DNA of 64,000 nt from assembly GCA_963727455.1 (NCBI GenBank), contig CAVSGG010000008.1, positions 32,001 to 96,000 of the forward strand, in the 5' to 3' direction. This stretch comes from Candidatus Krumholzibacteriota bacterium. Lineage in GTDB: Bacteria; Krumholzibacteriota; Krumholzibacteriia; JAJRXK01. The notes beneath the pieces are model-generated. The model was not told where the DNA came from. It saw nothing but the letters and a program-made list of their open reading frames with translations, and did not search any database. Of this stretch, positions 28,915 to 38,019 are shown piece after piece (within the stretch, counting starts at the first letter, position 1; every line of letters begins with the position of its first letter). Made by a program: the position numbers and the translations under genes.

Positions 28915-30539
28915 GGCCGCCGCCCCAAGGCCACCAGCGCCGTCCAACGCCGCGGGGCCGACTCTCCACCCTCGCTCTGCACGAGGACGACGTAGGCCCC
29001 CATGGGAACGGGTTGGCCGCGGCTGCTACGACCATCCCAGATCCACTGCCGCAGATTCCCCCCCGACTCGTCGTTTCCCAACTCGGCCACGGTTGCCCCC
29101 AGGAGGTCCCTGATCTCGGCCTGTACCCTGAGTCCGGTAAGTTCGGCCTGCAGGAGCACGTGGAGGACGTCTCCTTTGCCGTCACCGTCGGGGCTGAAGG
29201 GATTGGGCGACAGCGCCAGACCACTCTTCGGAGTGATGAGGGCGGCGGCCGAGTTCTCCTCTCCGGGGCTGGGGGCACCCGGAGAAAGAAACCAGGCGCG
29301 CGGAGAATCCGGACTGACGATACCGCGTTCCATGCTCCTTCCAGCCTCGCCTACCAAGTCGTCGGTGTAACGGAGCTCATCCACGACGGTTCCGCTGTCG
29401 TCGCGCAGCAGAACTCTGTCCGCGAATTCGCTCGCGCCGCTCGCGCTGTTGTTGAGCGAAGGCCATCCGCCGATGGGAAGGATGATGGGCACTTGTGGAG
29501 AAATCGCGAAGATGGACCGGAGCGCCTGCGGGTCGGAAGCGAGGAGCGCAAAGCCCTCGGCGGAGAAATCGAGACCGTCGAGCCCCCGCCAATCTTCGCT
29601 GGCGTCGGTGATCGCCCACCCGTCCAGCACCGAGGGCGCGTCCGGCTGTCGCTTCAACTCGATCCACTCGGGTTGACCGGCGAGCGGCTTCGCCATGACC
29701 TCGTTCAAGAGGACCGACCCCGGTCCCACTTGATAACCCGAGCTGGCAACCGTAGTGCTGTCGCTCCCCCAAGTGACCTCGATGTGGTGGCGGCCAGGAC
29801 CGAGCCAGACTTCCACTCGACTCACGAGCGTATCTCGAGGGGCCGCTTGGAGAAGCTGCTGGTCCAGAGGAGTCGAATCCAGGCTCCAACGCAGCGAGAA
29901 TTCCTGCTGGGGAGCAAATCCATCGACTTCAGCGGAGAACTCGAGTGCAACCTCTCCGGGGAAGGCCCGGACCGGCGGAGACCCACCCAGCCGCAGAAAA
30001 TTCAGGCTCTCGGCCACTGCGTTGGGACGGCCCGGAGTGGGAGGACTCAGCGCGGAAAAGTCCGTGCGATTGTCGTCGCGATCCCGTCCGTCGGGGATGC
30101 GGCCCAGACTCGCACCCGAGACGTCCGGCGCCGCTTCGCCCTCACCGAGTCCTTCGATTTCGCCCCAAGCCACTCGGTCCAAGATGCTCTCGTTGCGAGC
30201 CAACCAAAGAGCATCCGGACCGTTCTGCAGGTTCAGTGTCGCCTCGTCGTCTCTCCCTGCGACCTCGCTTCCGCCCACGAGATAGAACTCGCCCGGCGCC
30301 AAGCTGAGTCCCGGTCGAGCCATCCACACGACACTGGGTTGTTCGGGTGCCGCGCCGTTGACGAAGAGCAGTCGAACACCGTCCAGAGAAATTGCGGTGT
30401 CTCCGCCGGCGTAGAGCTCCACGAACTCCAGACCCGCGTCGCTCCCCTTTGGATCGTAGAGAATCTCGTTGAGAACGAGTTGGGCCTGTGAGCTGACGGG
30501 AAGCGTGAGACAGAACAGGAGACCGAGGATGCGTAGCAT
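28911..30539 (-). CDS. secreted lamin-tail-domain protein with T9SS-like (FlgD-Ig) C-terminal domain
   Basis: Signal peptide; two LTDs (LVLNEILYDP..EFVELY..PTPG; LLNEVMA..EWIEL..PSPG); PNPFSPDGDG...WDG...G.YVV. Confidence 0.88.
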   Translation of the reverse strand: MLRILGLLFCLTLPVSSQAQLVLNEILYDPKGSDAGLEFVELYAGGDTAISLDGVRLLFVNGAAPEQPSVVWMARPGLSLAPGEFYLVGGSEVAGRDDEATLNLQNGPDALWLARNESILDRVAWGEIEGLGEGEAAPDVSGASLGRIPDGRDRDDNRTDFSALSPPTPGRPNAVAESLNFLRLGGSPPVRAFPGEVALEFSAEVDGFAPQQEFSLRWSLDSTPLDQQLLQAAPRDTLVSRVEVWLGPGRHHIEVTWGSDSTTVASSGYQVGPGSVLLNEVMAKPLAGQPEWIELKRQPDAPSVLDGWAITDASEDWRGLDGLDFSAEGFALLASDPQALRSIFAISPQVPIILPIGGWPSLNNSASGASEFADRVLLRDDSGTVVDELRYTDDLVGEAGRSMERGIVSPDSPRAWFLSPGAPSPGEENSAAALITPKSGLALSPNPFSPDGDGKGDVLHVLLQAELTGLRVQAEIRDLLGATVAELGNDESGGNLRQWIWDGRSSRGQPVPMGAYVVLVQSEGGESAPRRWTALVALGRRP

Positions 30540-30625
30540 GGAACGCACCTCCCGGGAGACTTCATCGAGGGAGGCGCGACGGGTCCTGGCCTAAATAGAG
30601 GAGACTATGGAAAGCGGGCGTGGGA

Positions 30626-32860
30626 TCAGACGAGCCCCCAACGCCGTCTTAGCATCCACTCTAGACTGAGCAGGAACAGAAGTGGCGCGAAGAGTTTGAA
30701 ACTCGCCCAAAGAGGGCTGCGAGATCGACTTACTTTGAGCTTCGAGCTCAGCGGTAGATTACGTGCCCATGCGCCCAGGTTTTCGGCTTGCACCACGTTT
30801 CCACCAGTCGCACGCGCTATGGAGGCGAGCTGTGCGAAGTCCACCCCAGGGTGTCGATATTCCACTGAGTAGGGATCCACGCTAAGCGAACTCCAGGGAG
30901 AGAAGATCCGTCCCGAATCCTCCTCCAAGGCAAGTCGAAACTGGTAGTGGCCCGCGGGCAGAGGAGGAATCGCGAGCTGTCTGCCTCCGGCCGGACCAGA
31001 TTGCGCGCGCTGCATGAGAGCGCGGCCCAATACGGTGCCACTGGAATCGGCGGCGGCACCAGCTTCCCTTCTCCATTCGATCCATAGGTCACTGCTCTCG
31101 TCCGGCTGACGACGGGCATCGAGTACCACTGCGCGCAGCAGGGCATCTTCGCCGCGCGCGACCACTGGGCGCGGAAGGATGAGCTGCAAGCGCTTTCGGC
31201 TCGCGCCTTCCGCGAGGTAGTAGATGAGGTTGCCTACCAGGGCCTGATAGACGTCCTCGCCCTGTCTCTCGCCGAGCCGCCAGAAGGACCAGCTCCACAT
31301 CGGGGACGCCGTCCAGCACGCCACCGTTCCCTTGGCACTGCTTCCGAGCACAAGCAAGGGAGTTGTCTCATCGGAGTCTTGTGCTTGCAGGAGTACGTCA
31401 GCATCGGGTTTGGGCATGAGGCCGTGAACTGCGTCCCACAGGGGAGGCATCTGTTTTAGTCGCTCAACGGGATCTCCCACCGAGCCGGGAAAGGCAAAAA
31501 TCGGATGTGTGATTCCGGCTGGGAGAAGACGCACGCGATGGCGCGCGCGCTTCCAGCGGGAAGCAGAACTGAGCTGAACGGGTAGCAGCGCACTGGCTTC
31601 ACGAGGCAGCGAGCCGGGCAGCGCCCCTCGAGCCTCTCCGAAGAGCACCCAGAGTCCAGCCCCGTCCTGTACGGAAGCGATCATTCCCGGTGCACTCTCG
31701 CTCAACCGTGCAAAGTCATCCAAGGAGAGAATGATCCAGGCATCGATCCCCTCGACCGCCGCGGCAGTCGCAGGTGGGGTCCAGGTGCTGTCGCTTCCGG
31801 CCTCTTGCCATCCCTCCACCGCACGGTAGACACCATCGACTTCGAAACGTGGATCCTGGGCGAGACGACGTCGCAGAAAATGAAAGTCCCAACCGGGTCG
31901 CGACTCCACGAGCATTATGTGAAGGCGGTCCTTGAGGACCTCTGCGCCAATTTCAATCGCGTTGTTCGCCTGGAGAGCTTCCGAGGGAAGGGGGGTCAAT
32001 CGCAGGACGCGGCGCAACATGCCCAGGCTGTCGGCCTGCACGGTGAAGCTCAGGGGAATGCGTCCGCCTCCTTTGGGCCAAGAGAAGCTGAGAGAATCCG
32101 GGCCTGCACCACCCTGCAAGATGGCGCTCGCGTGTCCGGCATTGGCGGATTCCACCACCGCCTCGGCCGTGATTTCGATCTCATCGCCGCGGTAAGCCAC
32201 GGTAGGGTAGTGAACACGATCGAGTCGCAGATCTCCGGGACCATTGCTGTCACCAACGGCAATCGTGAATACCGGAACACTGAGACCGCGCAGTGAGGGC
32301 AGCTCGGGGTCCGTGCTTCTTCCGTCACTCAGTAGCAGGATCGCCTGCAGGTTGTCCTCCAGGTGAGATTGAGCTGCGGACAAGAGAAGCGCGGGTAGAT
32401 TGGTTCCCTCCTTTGAGCCCGTCTGCAGATCACGATGCAGTCGGCGCGATCCCTCCGAGTCGAAAACCTGCGGCTTTTCTCGTCGCCCGGCTAGTTGCCT
32501 TTGGGCAAGTTCGGCCAAGCTGCGGGCATCCTGGAGACGCGTCGAACCATCGCGGGACTTCAGTGTCATACTTCCACTGTCGTCCACGAGCGTGAGCACC
32601 GACGGCGGAAGCTGCTTGCTGTGACGCGAGAAGAGAACAGGTTCGAGAATCAGGAACAACAAGATGAGAAGTGCGCCAGCGCGCAGAGCACGCAGAATCC
32701 AGCGTCGGTTCGCGCTGAGCGAGGGCTGCGTGCGGTAGTAAGCGAGATACGAGACCGCAAGACCGACGAGCAGCAGCAGGACGACCAATGACCAGTCGAA
32801 AGCGCCCCTCGGCCAGACACTCAGTTTTGCCAGAGGGAGAGAAAGGGATGAGAGGGTCAC
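30626..32860 (-). CDS. membrane-anchored vWA-like / glutamine-amidotransferase-like domain protein
   Basis: N-terminal TMs, DDSGSM, LLSDG, W.W motif, ATGG, C-terminal LLSLEWMLRRRWGL. Confidence 0.82.
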   Translation of the reverse strand: MTLSSLSLPLAKLSVWPRGAFDWSLVVLLLLVGLAVSYLAYYRTQPSLSANRRWILRALRAGALLILLFLILEPVLFSRHSKQLPPSVLTLVDDSGSMTLKSRDGSTRLQDARSLAELAQRQLAGRREKPQVFDSEGSRRLHRDLQTGSKEGTNLPALLLSAAQSHLEDNLQAILLLSDGRSTDPELPSLRGLSVPVFTIAVGDSNGPGDLRLDRVHYPTVAYRGDEIEITAEAVVESANAGHASAILQGGAGPDSLSFSWPKGGGRIPLSFTVQADSLGMLRRVLRLTPLPSEALQANNAIEIGAEVLKDRLHIMLVESRPGWDFHFLRRRLAQDPRFEVDGVYRAVEGWQEAGSDSTWTPPATAAAVEGIDAWIILSLDDFARLSESAPGMIASVQDGAGLWVLFGEARGALPGSLPREASALLPVQLSSASRWKRARHRVRLLPAGITHPIFAFPGSVGDPVERLKQMPPLWDAVHGLMPKPDADVLLQAQDSDETTPLLVLGSSAKGTVACWTASPMWSWSFWRLGERQGEDVYQALVGNLIYYLAEGASRKRLQLILPRPVVARGEDALLRAVVLDARRQPDESSDLWIEWRREAGAAADSSGTVLGRALMQRAQSGPAGGRQLAIPPLPAGHYQFRLALEEDSGRIFSPWSSLSVDPYSVEYRHPGVDFAQLASIARATGGNVVQAENLGAWARNLPLSSKLKVSRSRSPLWASFKLFAPLLFLLSLEWMLRRRWGLV

Positions 32861-33012
32861 CGCGAATCCACTGCTCCGGGAAGGCTCTTGAAAGAGTCGG
32901 GGTGCGGGGCTGGCCCGAGGTCCACGCGTGTTCCCCCGCGGCGAGGACGAGAATTATCCGTGGAGGACTTGCTGAATACTCTACATACGATCGGACCGGA
33001 TTCGCCACCCGG

Positions 33013-33045
33013 AAACAAAAGCGCCGGCGTAGGTAGCCGGCGCTT
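33013..33045 (-). terminator. intrinsic terminator after the STAS gene
   Basis: AAGCGCCGGC-7nt-GCCGGCGCTT followed by TTGTTT on the minus strand. Confidence 0.8.
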
Positions 33046-33068
33046 CGAGGCTCAGGAAGGCAGTTTTC

Positions 33069-33428
33069 TCAAGTCGTTGCTGATGCGCTCACGGCTTCTT
33101 CCACCGTCGCGAAGGCCTCGAGGATGTTCTGGAACTCCAGCAGTTCGAACACTTCGTAGACGTCGGGAACCATACCGACCAAGCGCAGGTCGCCGCCGTT
33201 CTCCCGGATCTCGCGAATGACGCTGATGAAAATACCCCAGCCAGCCGAGGAGATGTAGGAGACCCGGGAAAGGTCCACGATGATCTTGTAGCGCTTCGAC
33301 TGAATCAGGGACTTTATTTCCTTCTCGAATTCGGCCGAGGTGGTCGTGTCGATGTAGCCTGCCACCTCCAGGACCTGCTGATCCGGGCAGGATTCGTGCG
33401 CCTTCGAAATGACCATGATCCCATCCAT
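33069..33428 (-). CDS. STAS-domain anti-sigma factor antagonist (RsbV/SpoIIAA family)
   Basis: GYID, VDLSRVSYISSAGWG (phospho-Ser motif), GGDLRL, VFELL. Confidence 0.93.
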   Translation of the reverse strand: MDGIMVISKAHESCPDQQVLEVAGYIDTTTSAEFEKEIKSLIQSKRYKIIVDLSRVSYISSAGWGIFISVIREIRENGGDLRLVGMVPDVYEVFELLEFQNILEAFATVEEAVSASATT

Positions 33429-33484
33429 CGAAAGCCCGTCTCTTTCTCTACTTGAGCTACTTTAGCAAAGCTGTTGTAGCATAA

Positions 33485-36007
33485 CTAGTTACGTGTTTTT
33501 TCCAATCCGGCGTCTACGGACTCCGTCCCCGCTTCCTGCGACGCCGGCGGTTGCTCTTCATCCGTGTGCAAGCTTCGGTCCAAGCCAAGGCCGTGATCGG
33601 CCCGATTCTCTTCGGGTGCGCCCTCCTGGGGATCCAGGCCCCGGCGCCGCAAATAGAGGCGTCGTTTGGGCTCGTTGCTGAGGTCCAGGCGTACGAGTTC
33701 GTCGTAGACCATCTTGGCATTGGCCTCGTGGCCCCGCTCGCTCAGGCGATCGGCCAGGCGTTTGGCACCCAGACTTGGATCCGTCCGCACGAGCTCGACC
33801 ATCGCCTCGCGCCCCTCGACGGTGAGGCGGCGCAAACCCGCCTGGGAGGCCCGGCCAGCGAGGGCCTCCTCGCCACCCAGCTCGCGCATTCGCCGCCAGC
33901 GGTAGTACGTGGAGACGGAGGTACCATAGGTCCCGCAGGCCTCCTCGATGCTCATCCCCTCGACTTCCACCATGTCCAGTAGGCGTTGTCGCCGCTCGAT
34001 CTCCAACGAGGCCGGTCGTAGCTTCTCCTTCACCGCAACCACCGTGATGTCGTCGTTTTGCGCGTTGCCTCCGGTGAAGGCGGCAATGTCATCATTGAAG
34101 GCAGCAATGAACTCTTCAGCTGTCCGGCCCGCGTTCTTGCGCACGCACTCGATGAGACGCTGCTCGCCGTACTGTTCCCGCGCAGCGTTCATCGCCTCGG
34201 TCACGCCATCGGTGTAGATGAGGAGCAAATCGTCTTGCTGCAGCTGGACCTTCTCCACCTCGATCGTCTTGGAGAACAGCTCTGGATCGGGCAGCGAAAT
34301 TCCTACCGGGAATCCGGCCGGATTCAAGAAGAAGACCTCGTCGGTTTCAATGCGATACAGGAGCATCGGGTTGTGGCCGGCCGAGGAGTAACTGATCACG
34401 CGATTCCGCGAGTCGAGAATGATGTAAAAGAGGGTGATGAACATGCCACGGCGCATGTCCTCGGTGATGAAGGTGTTGACGCGGCTCATTACGTCGCTGG
34501 CCGAGTGATTTCCCCTGGCCTCCATGCGCATGGCGGTGCGGATCATGGTCATCACCAGGCTACCGGGGATTCCTTTCCCCGAGACGTCCGCGACCACGAT
34601 TCCCACTGTGTCCTCGTCCACCGCGAAGAAATCGTAATAGTCGCCGCCGACTTCCGCCGCTGCGCGATACATCGCGGCGATCTCGTATCCGGACAGTTCC
34701 GGCATCGCGGTTGGCAGCAGGGTGTGCTGAATCTCCCGCGCGAGTTGCATTTCCTTTTGGAGGCGTTCCTGCTCGACCAGATGCGATTGCGCATGGCGGA
34801 ACTTGGACGCAATTTCATTGAATGCAGCCGCGATGGTGGAGATCTCCTCGGGGCCGTGCACCTCGATGTTCTGCTCGAGCACCCCGTCACCGATCGCGAG
34901 CACGCCCTCGGTGAGCTGCTGGATGGGACGAACGAAGAGATTCACCATCACGAGGATGAGCAGGATACCCACCAGCAAGATGACCAGTCCGATTCCCATG
35001 GCGTGTAGAAGGGCCGCGCGATATCGCCGCTCCAGGTCCGAGGTCTTCAGTCCCAACACCACCCGTCCCAATTCGACTCTCTTCCCGGAGGGCCCTTGGA
35101 TGCTCACCGGGTAGTTCAGCTGGAGCACCCGTCCTGAGTCGAACTGGATACGCGTCCACGCTCCCGAATTCTCTCCGTGGTCGATGAGTCGACCGGGCTC
35201 GGGGTGCCAGGCGTTGAAGAGATCGTCCAGCACACTATCGGCCCAGATGCTGCCATCGGTGCCGTGCACCACGCGCGCGAAGGCGATGGTGGAATCGTGA
35301 CGCGCGAGTTCAGTGACGCTCTGCTGCAGAAGCGTTCGTTCCACCGAATAGGGATCGCTGCTGGCAAGCACGCTCCTGGACTGCACGGCCAGGTCGCGCG
35401 CGGTCGCCTCGATACGGCTGAGCTCTTGGTCGAAGATCGTCTGCCGTTGGCGATAATGCACGACCGAGAGAGCGAGAATCACCAAGAGCGCCAGACCGAA
35501 GGAGGCGCGTAGGGTGAACCGCATCCTCAAGCTACGGTGAAGAGCGGAGAACTGGATTCCCGGAATCCAGCGGTCGATGGGCGGACGCCGGTCCATGCAC
35601 ATTCGGAGCTCGTTGCTTCCGTCCGTGGTCGTGTAAATCACCTCATCCATGATCCGATTGATGAGGTAGATCCCGAGTCCTCCACGTTTCCCGATCGCCA
35701 CGTAATGGTCCAGGTCCGGTACCGCCACCGAGCCAAAGTCGAAAGACTCGCCGGTGTCCTTCAGGACGATCTCCACCTGACCGGAGAAGTACTTCACCTG
35801 GATGGCGATCTCACCGCCCTGATTGTGATAGGAATGCTGGATGATGTTCGTGCAGGCTTCGTCGACCGCGAGTTTGAAGTTGGCGGTGTCCGCCGGATCG
35901 AATCCGGCCTGCATGCAGATGCGTGCCACGAAATCGCGTACCTGAGCCAGATGACTCTCGCGGGCCTCGATTACGAGCTCCGCCGTCTTGATCCGGCTGC
36001 CGATCAC
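33485..36007 (-). CDS. membrane RsbW-like kinase / periplasmic sensor / HAMP / PP2C (SpoIIE) phosphatase / HTH fusion
   Basis: LAVDEACTNIIQH, DTG, GGLGIYLI; two TMs; RPIQQL..EIS.IAAAFN; VGGDYYD, ADVSGKG, YTDGVTE, DDIT; C-terminal HTHs; GTGA overlap sets start 36007. Confidence 0.9.
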   Translation of the reverse strand: MIGSRIKTAELVIEARESHLAQVRDFVARICMQAGFDPADTANFKLAVDEACTNIIQHSYHNQGGEIAIQVKYFSGQVEIVLKDTGESFDFGSVAVPDLDHYVAIGKRGGLGIYLINRIMDEVIYTTTDGSNELRMCMDRRPPIDRWIPGIQFSALHRSLRMRFTLRASFGLALLVILALSVVHYRQRQTIFDQELSRIEATARDLAVQSRSVLASSDPYSVERTLLQQSVTELARHDSTIAFARVVHGTDGSIWADSVLDDLFNAWHPEPGRLIDHGENSGAWTRIQFDSGRVLQLNYPVSIQGPSGKRVELGRVVLGLKTSDLERRYRAALLHAMGIGLVILLVGILLILVMVNLFVRPIQQLTEGVLAIGDGVLEQNIEVHGPEEISTIAAAFNEIASKFRHAQSHLVEQERLQKEMQLAREIQHTLLPTAMPELSGYEIAAMYRAAAEVGGDYYDFFAVDEDTVGIVVADVSGKGIPGSLVMTMIRTAMRMEARGNHSASDVMSRVNTFITEDMRRGMFITLFYIILDSRNRVISYSSAGHNPMLLYRIETDEVFFLNPAGFPVGISLPDPELFSKTIEVEKVQLQQDDLLLIYTDGVTEAMNAAREQYGEQRLIECVRKNAGRTAEEFIAAFNDDIAAFTGGNAQNDDITVVAVKEKLRPASLEIERRQRLLDMVEVEGMSIEEACGTYGTSVSTYYRWRRMRELGGEEALAGRASQAGLRRLTVEGREAMVELVRTDPSLGAKRLADRLSERGHEANAKMVYDELVRLDLSNEPKRRLYLRRRGLDPQEGAPEENRADHGLGLDRSLHTDEEQPPASQEAGTESVDAGLEKTRN

Positions 36008-38019
36008 TTGGGTCCACCCTCTCGGCCAGTGTCCTGCTCGATGCGTTCGATCCTTGCCTTGGCTTCGGCAATATTGTTTTGGGCGCCCTGGTTTCCAGGA
36101 TCGACCTTGAGAATTTGCTCCCACTGCCGAATCGCCTCTTCGTAGTTGCCCTCGGTGAAGGAACGCAGTCCCGCCAGATAATACTGACGCACCTGCTTCT
36201 CCTCACTCGGACTGAGCCTAGTCGGTCCGGATTTGCGGTGGGCGATCTGATCGAGAAGGGCCAGCGCCTGAGCGTGCTTGGGCTCACGCTTCAGGACCTC
36301 ATGGCACAGCGCTTCAGCTTGGTCCAGTTCACCTTTCGAGAATGCCTCGAGTGCCTGGGTGAAGCGTCGCTCCTGCGCGAGCTCGCCGCGGGCGCGCTCG
36401 GCATCGGCCTGCGCTTGTTCGCTCTCGTGACGCGCAGCATCCAGCTTCGCCTTCCATCGTTTCAGGGCGGCAGCGGGAGCGGGATTCTCCGGATCGAGAG
36501 AGGCCACGACGCTCCAAGCGTTCAGCGCGGATTCCCAATCGCCCGCCTCTTCCGCCGCGGTGGCTTTGGAGGTGGCGGTGGCCATCGCACTGGCCTCGAG
36601 GTCCTCCACCTGCAGGGTGAGTCGCGGCAGCATGGGATAGTCCGCCGCGAGTTCGCTGAGAGCGTTCAGCTCCGCTCGGGCCCTCAATGCGTCATTCTGG
36701 TTCAGAGCGGCCCGAACTTGAGTTTCCGCGTCTTCGATCCGAAGCGCGCGGCGCTGCTCGTCGGCTTTCTGCCTGCCAACGCGCTGCTCCAGATCCTGCA
36801 GGCTTGCCAGCTGGGTCGAGAGAGAGTCGTCGGCCACTCCGAGGCTGCGCGCCCGCGCCAGGCTCCTTTGCGCGTCCGGTAGAGAACCGCGGCTCAGGGC
36901 GTCCTGGAATTCCTGCACCGCGCTCTCAATCTGTGATTTGCGCCAATTCTCCACCGCCTCCATGCGGGCCTGCATCAGCTCTTTGGCCCGCAGCTCGTCG
37001 CGGTGACGGCGACGATCCTTCATGTCCTGGCCGAAGTACCAGGAAAGGCTCAAGAACTGCGAGGAACCCAGTTCTCCGCCCGAGCGAAATGCGTAATCCA
37101 GGGAGTAGTCGCGCCAACGGCCGCCCAAGCCGGCGTTGAAATGACCGTCGTCGTAACTCAGGCGCAGAGTGTAGAGTCCTTCATACTCAGCCTCCGCGCC
37201 CAATCCGAGACGATTGTCGGCGTACTGTGGTTTGTCGTAGACCGCCGCTAACTGGACCGTCGTATTCTCACTGAAATCATACCGCTTGCTGAACGCAAAG
37301 CGTTGGGCATAGGGGAGCTTGTCTTCACGCTCGATCAGGCGGAAGCTCGGGGCGATCAGATTTTGGTATACGAAAGAGACCCGTACCCCCCCGAGACGCG
37401 GAGGAACCCAGGCGAGTCCCAGGTCCATGCCGCCACTGGTGCTCTTCTCGCCCAGATCCAGGCTGTGGATCTTGGCGCTGGTGCCGAGATCGAGTCGGCC
37501 ACCCAGGTAGGGCAGCCTTCCCCCGTATCCATAGCTCAAGAGAAGTTGGGTCTCACCGTAGCTGATGCTTCCGGTGGGTCGACTCGTGCTATCGTAAGTC
37601 TCGATGTCACCCAATTTGAGCCGCAGGATGCCGATACCGAAGCCCCCCGCGTTCAGAGTTGGGTAGGCAAGTCCCAAGTAGCCGTAGGTCGCGCCGCCGT
37701 CGAGACCATAGAGACGGTTGTAACTGAAGGTGAGCTGTGAACCACGCGCATGGGGCAAGAGCGCCGGATTCCAGAAACAGGCGCTCGCATCATCGGCCAG
37801 CCCCACCATGGTTGATCCCAAACCCACTCCGCGCGCAGTCGGACCCAGCTTGAATATGGACTCCGTTCCTCCTCCGTCGCCGGCAGCACTCGCGGAGCTT
37901 GCCGTAAGGAAACAGCCGAGCAGAAGCATCAGAGCGGCTACGCTCAGCGTTCCGCATGCGCTCTTGTGGAGAGAGGAACGCGGCGCGGTGAACTCGGGGA
38001 TGGGGCAGCCGGGCTTCAT
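36004..38019 (-). CDS. PorV/PorQ-like outer-membrane beta-barrel fused to coiled-coil/TPR domain
   Basis: Signal peptide; FKLGPTARGVGLG, ADDASACFWNPA; barrel ends FLSLSWYFG; TPRs such as YLAGL..F.EGNYEEAIRQWEQILKVDPGN. Confidence 0.82.
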   Translation of the reverse strand: MKPGCPIPEFTAPRSSLHKSACGTLSVAALMLLLGCFLTASSASAAGDGGGTESIFKLGPTARGVGLGSTMVGLADDASACFWNPALLPHARGSQLTFSYNRLYGLDGGATYGYLGLAYPTLNAGGFGIGILRLKLGDIETYDSTSRPTGSISYGETQLLLSYGYGGRLPYLGGRLDLGTSAKIHSLDLGEKSTSGGMDLGLAWVPPRLGGVRVSFVYQNLIAPSFRLIEREDKLPYAQRFAFSKRYDFSENTTVQLAAVYDKPQYADNRLGLGAEAEYEGLYTLRLSYDDGHFNAGLGGRWRDYSLDYAFRSGGELGSSQFLSLSWYFGQDMKDRRRHRDELRAKELMQARMEAVENWRKSQIESAVQEFQDALSRGSLPDAQRSLARARSLGVADDSLSTQLASLQDLEQRVGRQKADEQRRALRIEDAETQVRAALNQNDALRARAELNALSELAADYPMLPRLTLQVEDLEASAMATATSKATAAEEAGDWESALNAWSVVASLDPENPAPAAALKRWKAKLDAARHESEQAQADAERARGELAQERRFTQALEAFSKGELDQAEALCHEVLKREPKHAQALALLDQIAHRKSGPTRLSPSEEKQVRQYYLAGLRSFTEGNYEEAIRQWEQILKVDPGNQGAQNNIAEAKARIERIEQDTGREGGPK

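Noticed and set aside
28791-30491. 566-aa + strand ORF, and other long + strand ORFs such as 23-997, 15252-16472 and 45511-46707
   Set aside because: Antisense shadows of well-supported minus-strand genes in high-GC DNA; no motifs
33670-33995. Intact IS element
   Set aside because: Only the HTH region is present, in frame with the PP2C; no DDE domain, terminal inverted repeats or target duplication seen
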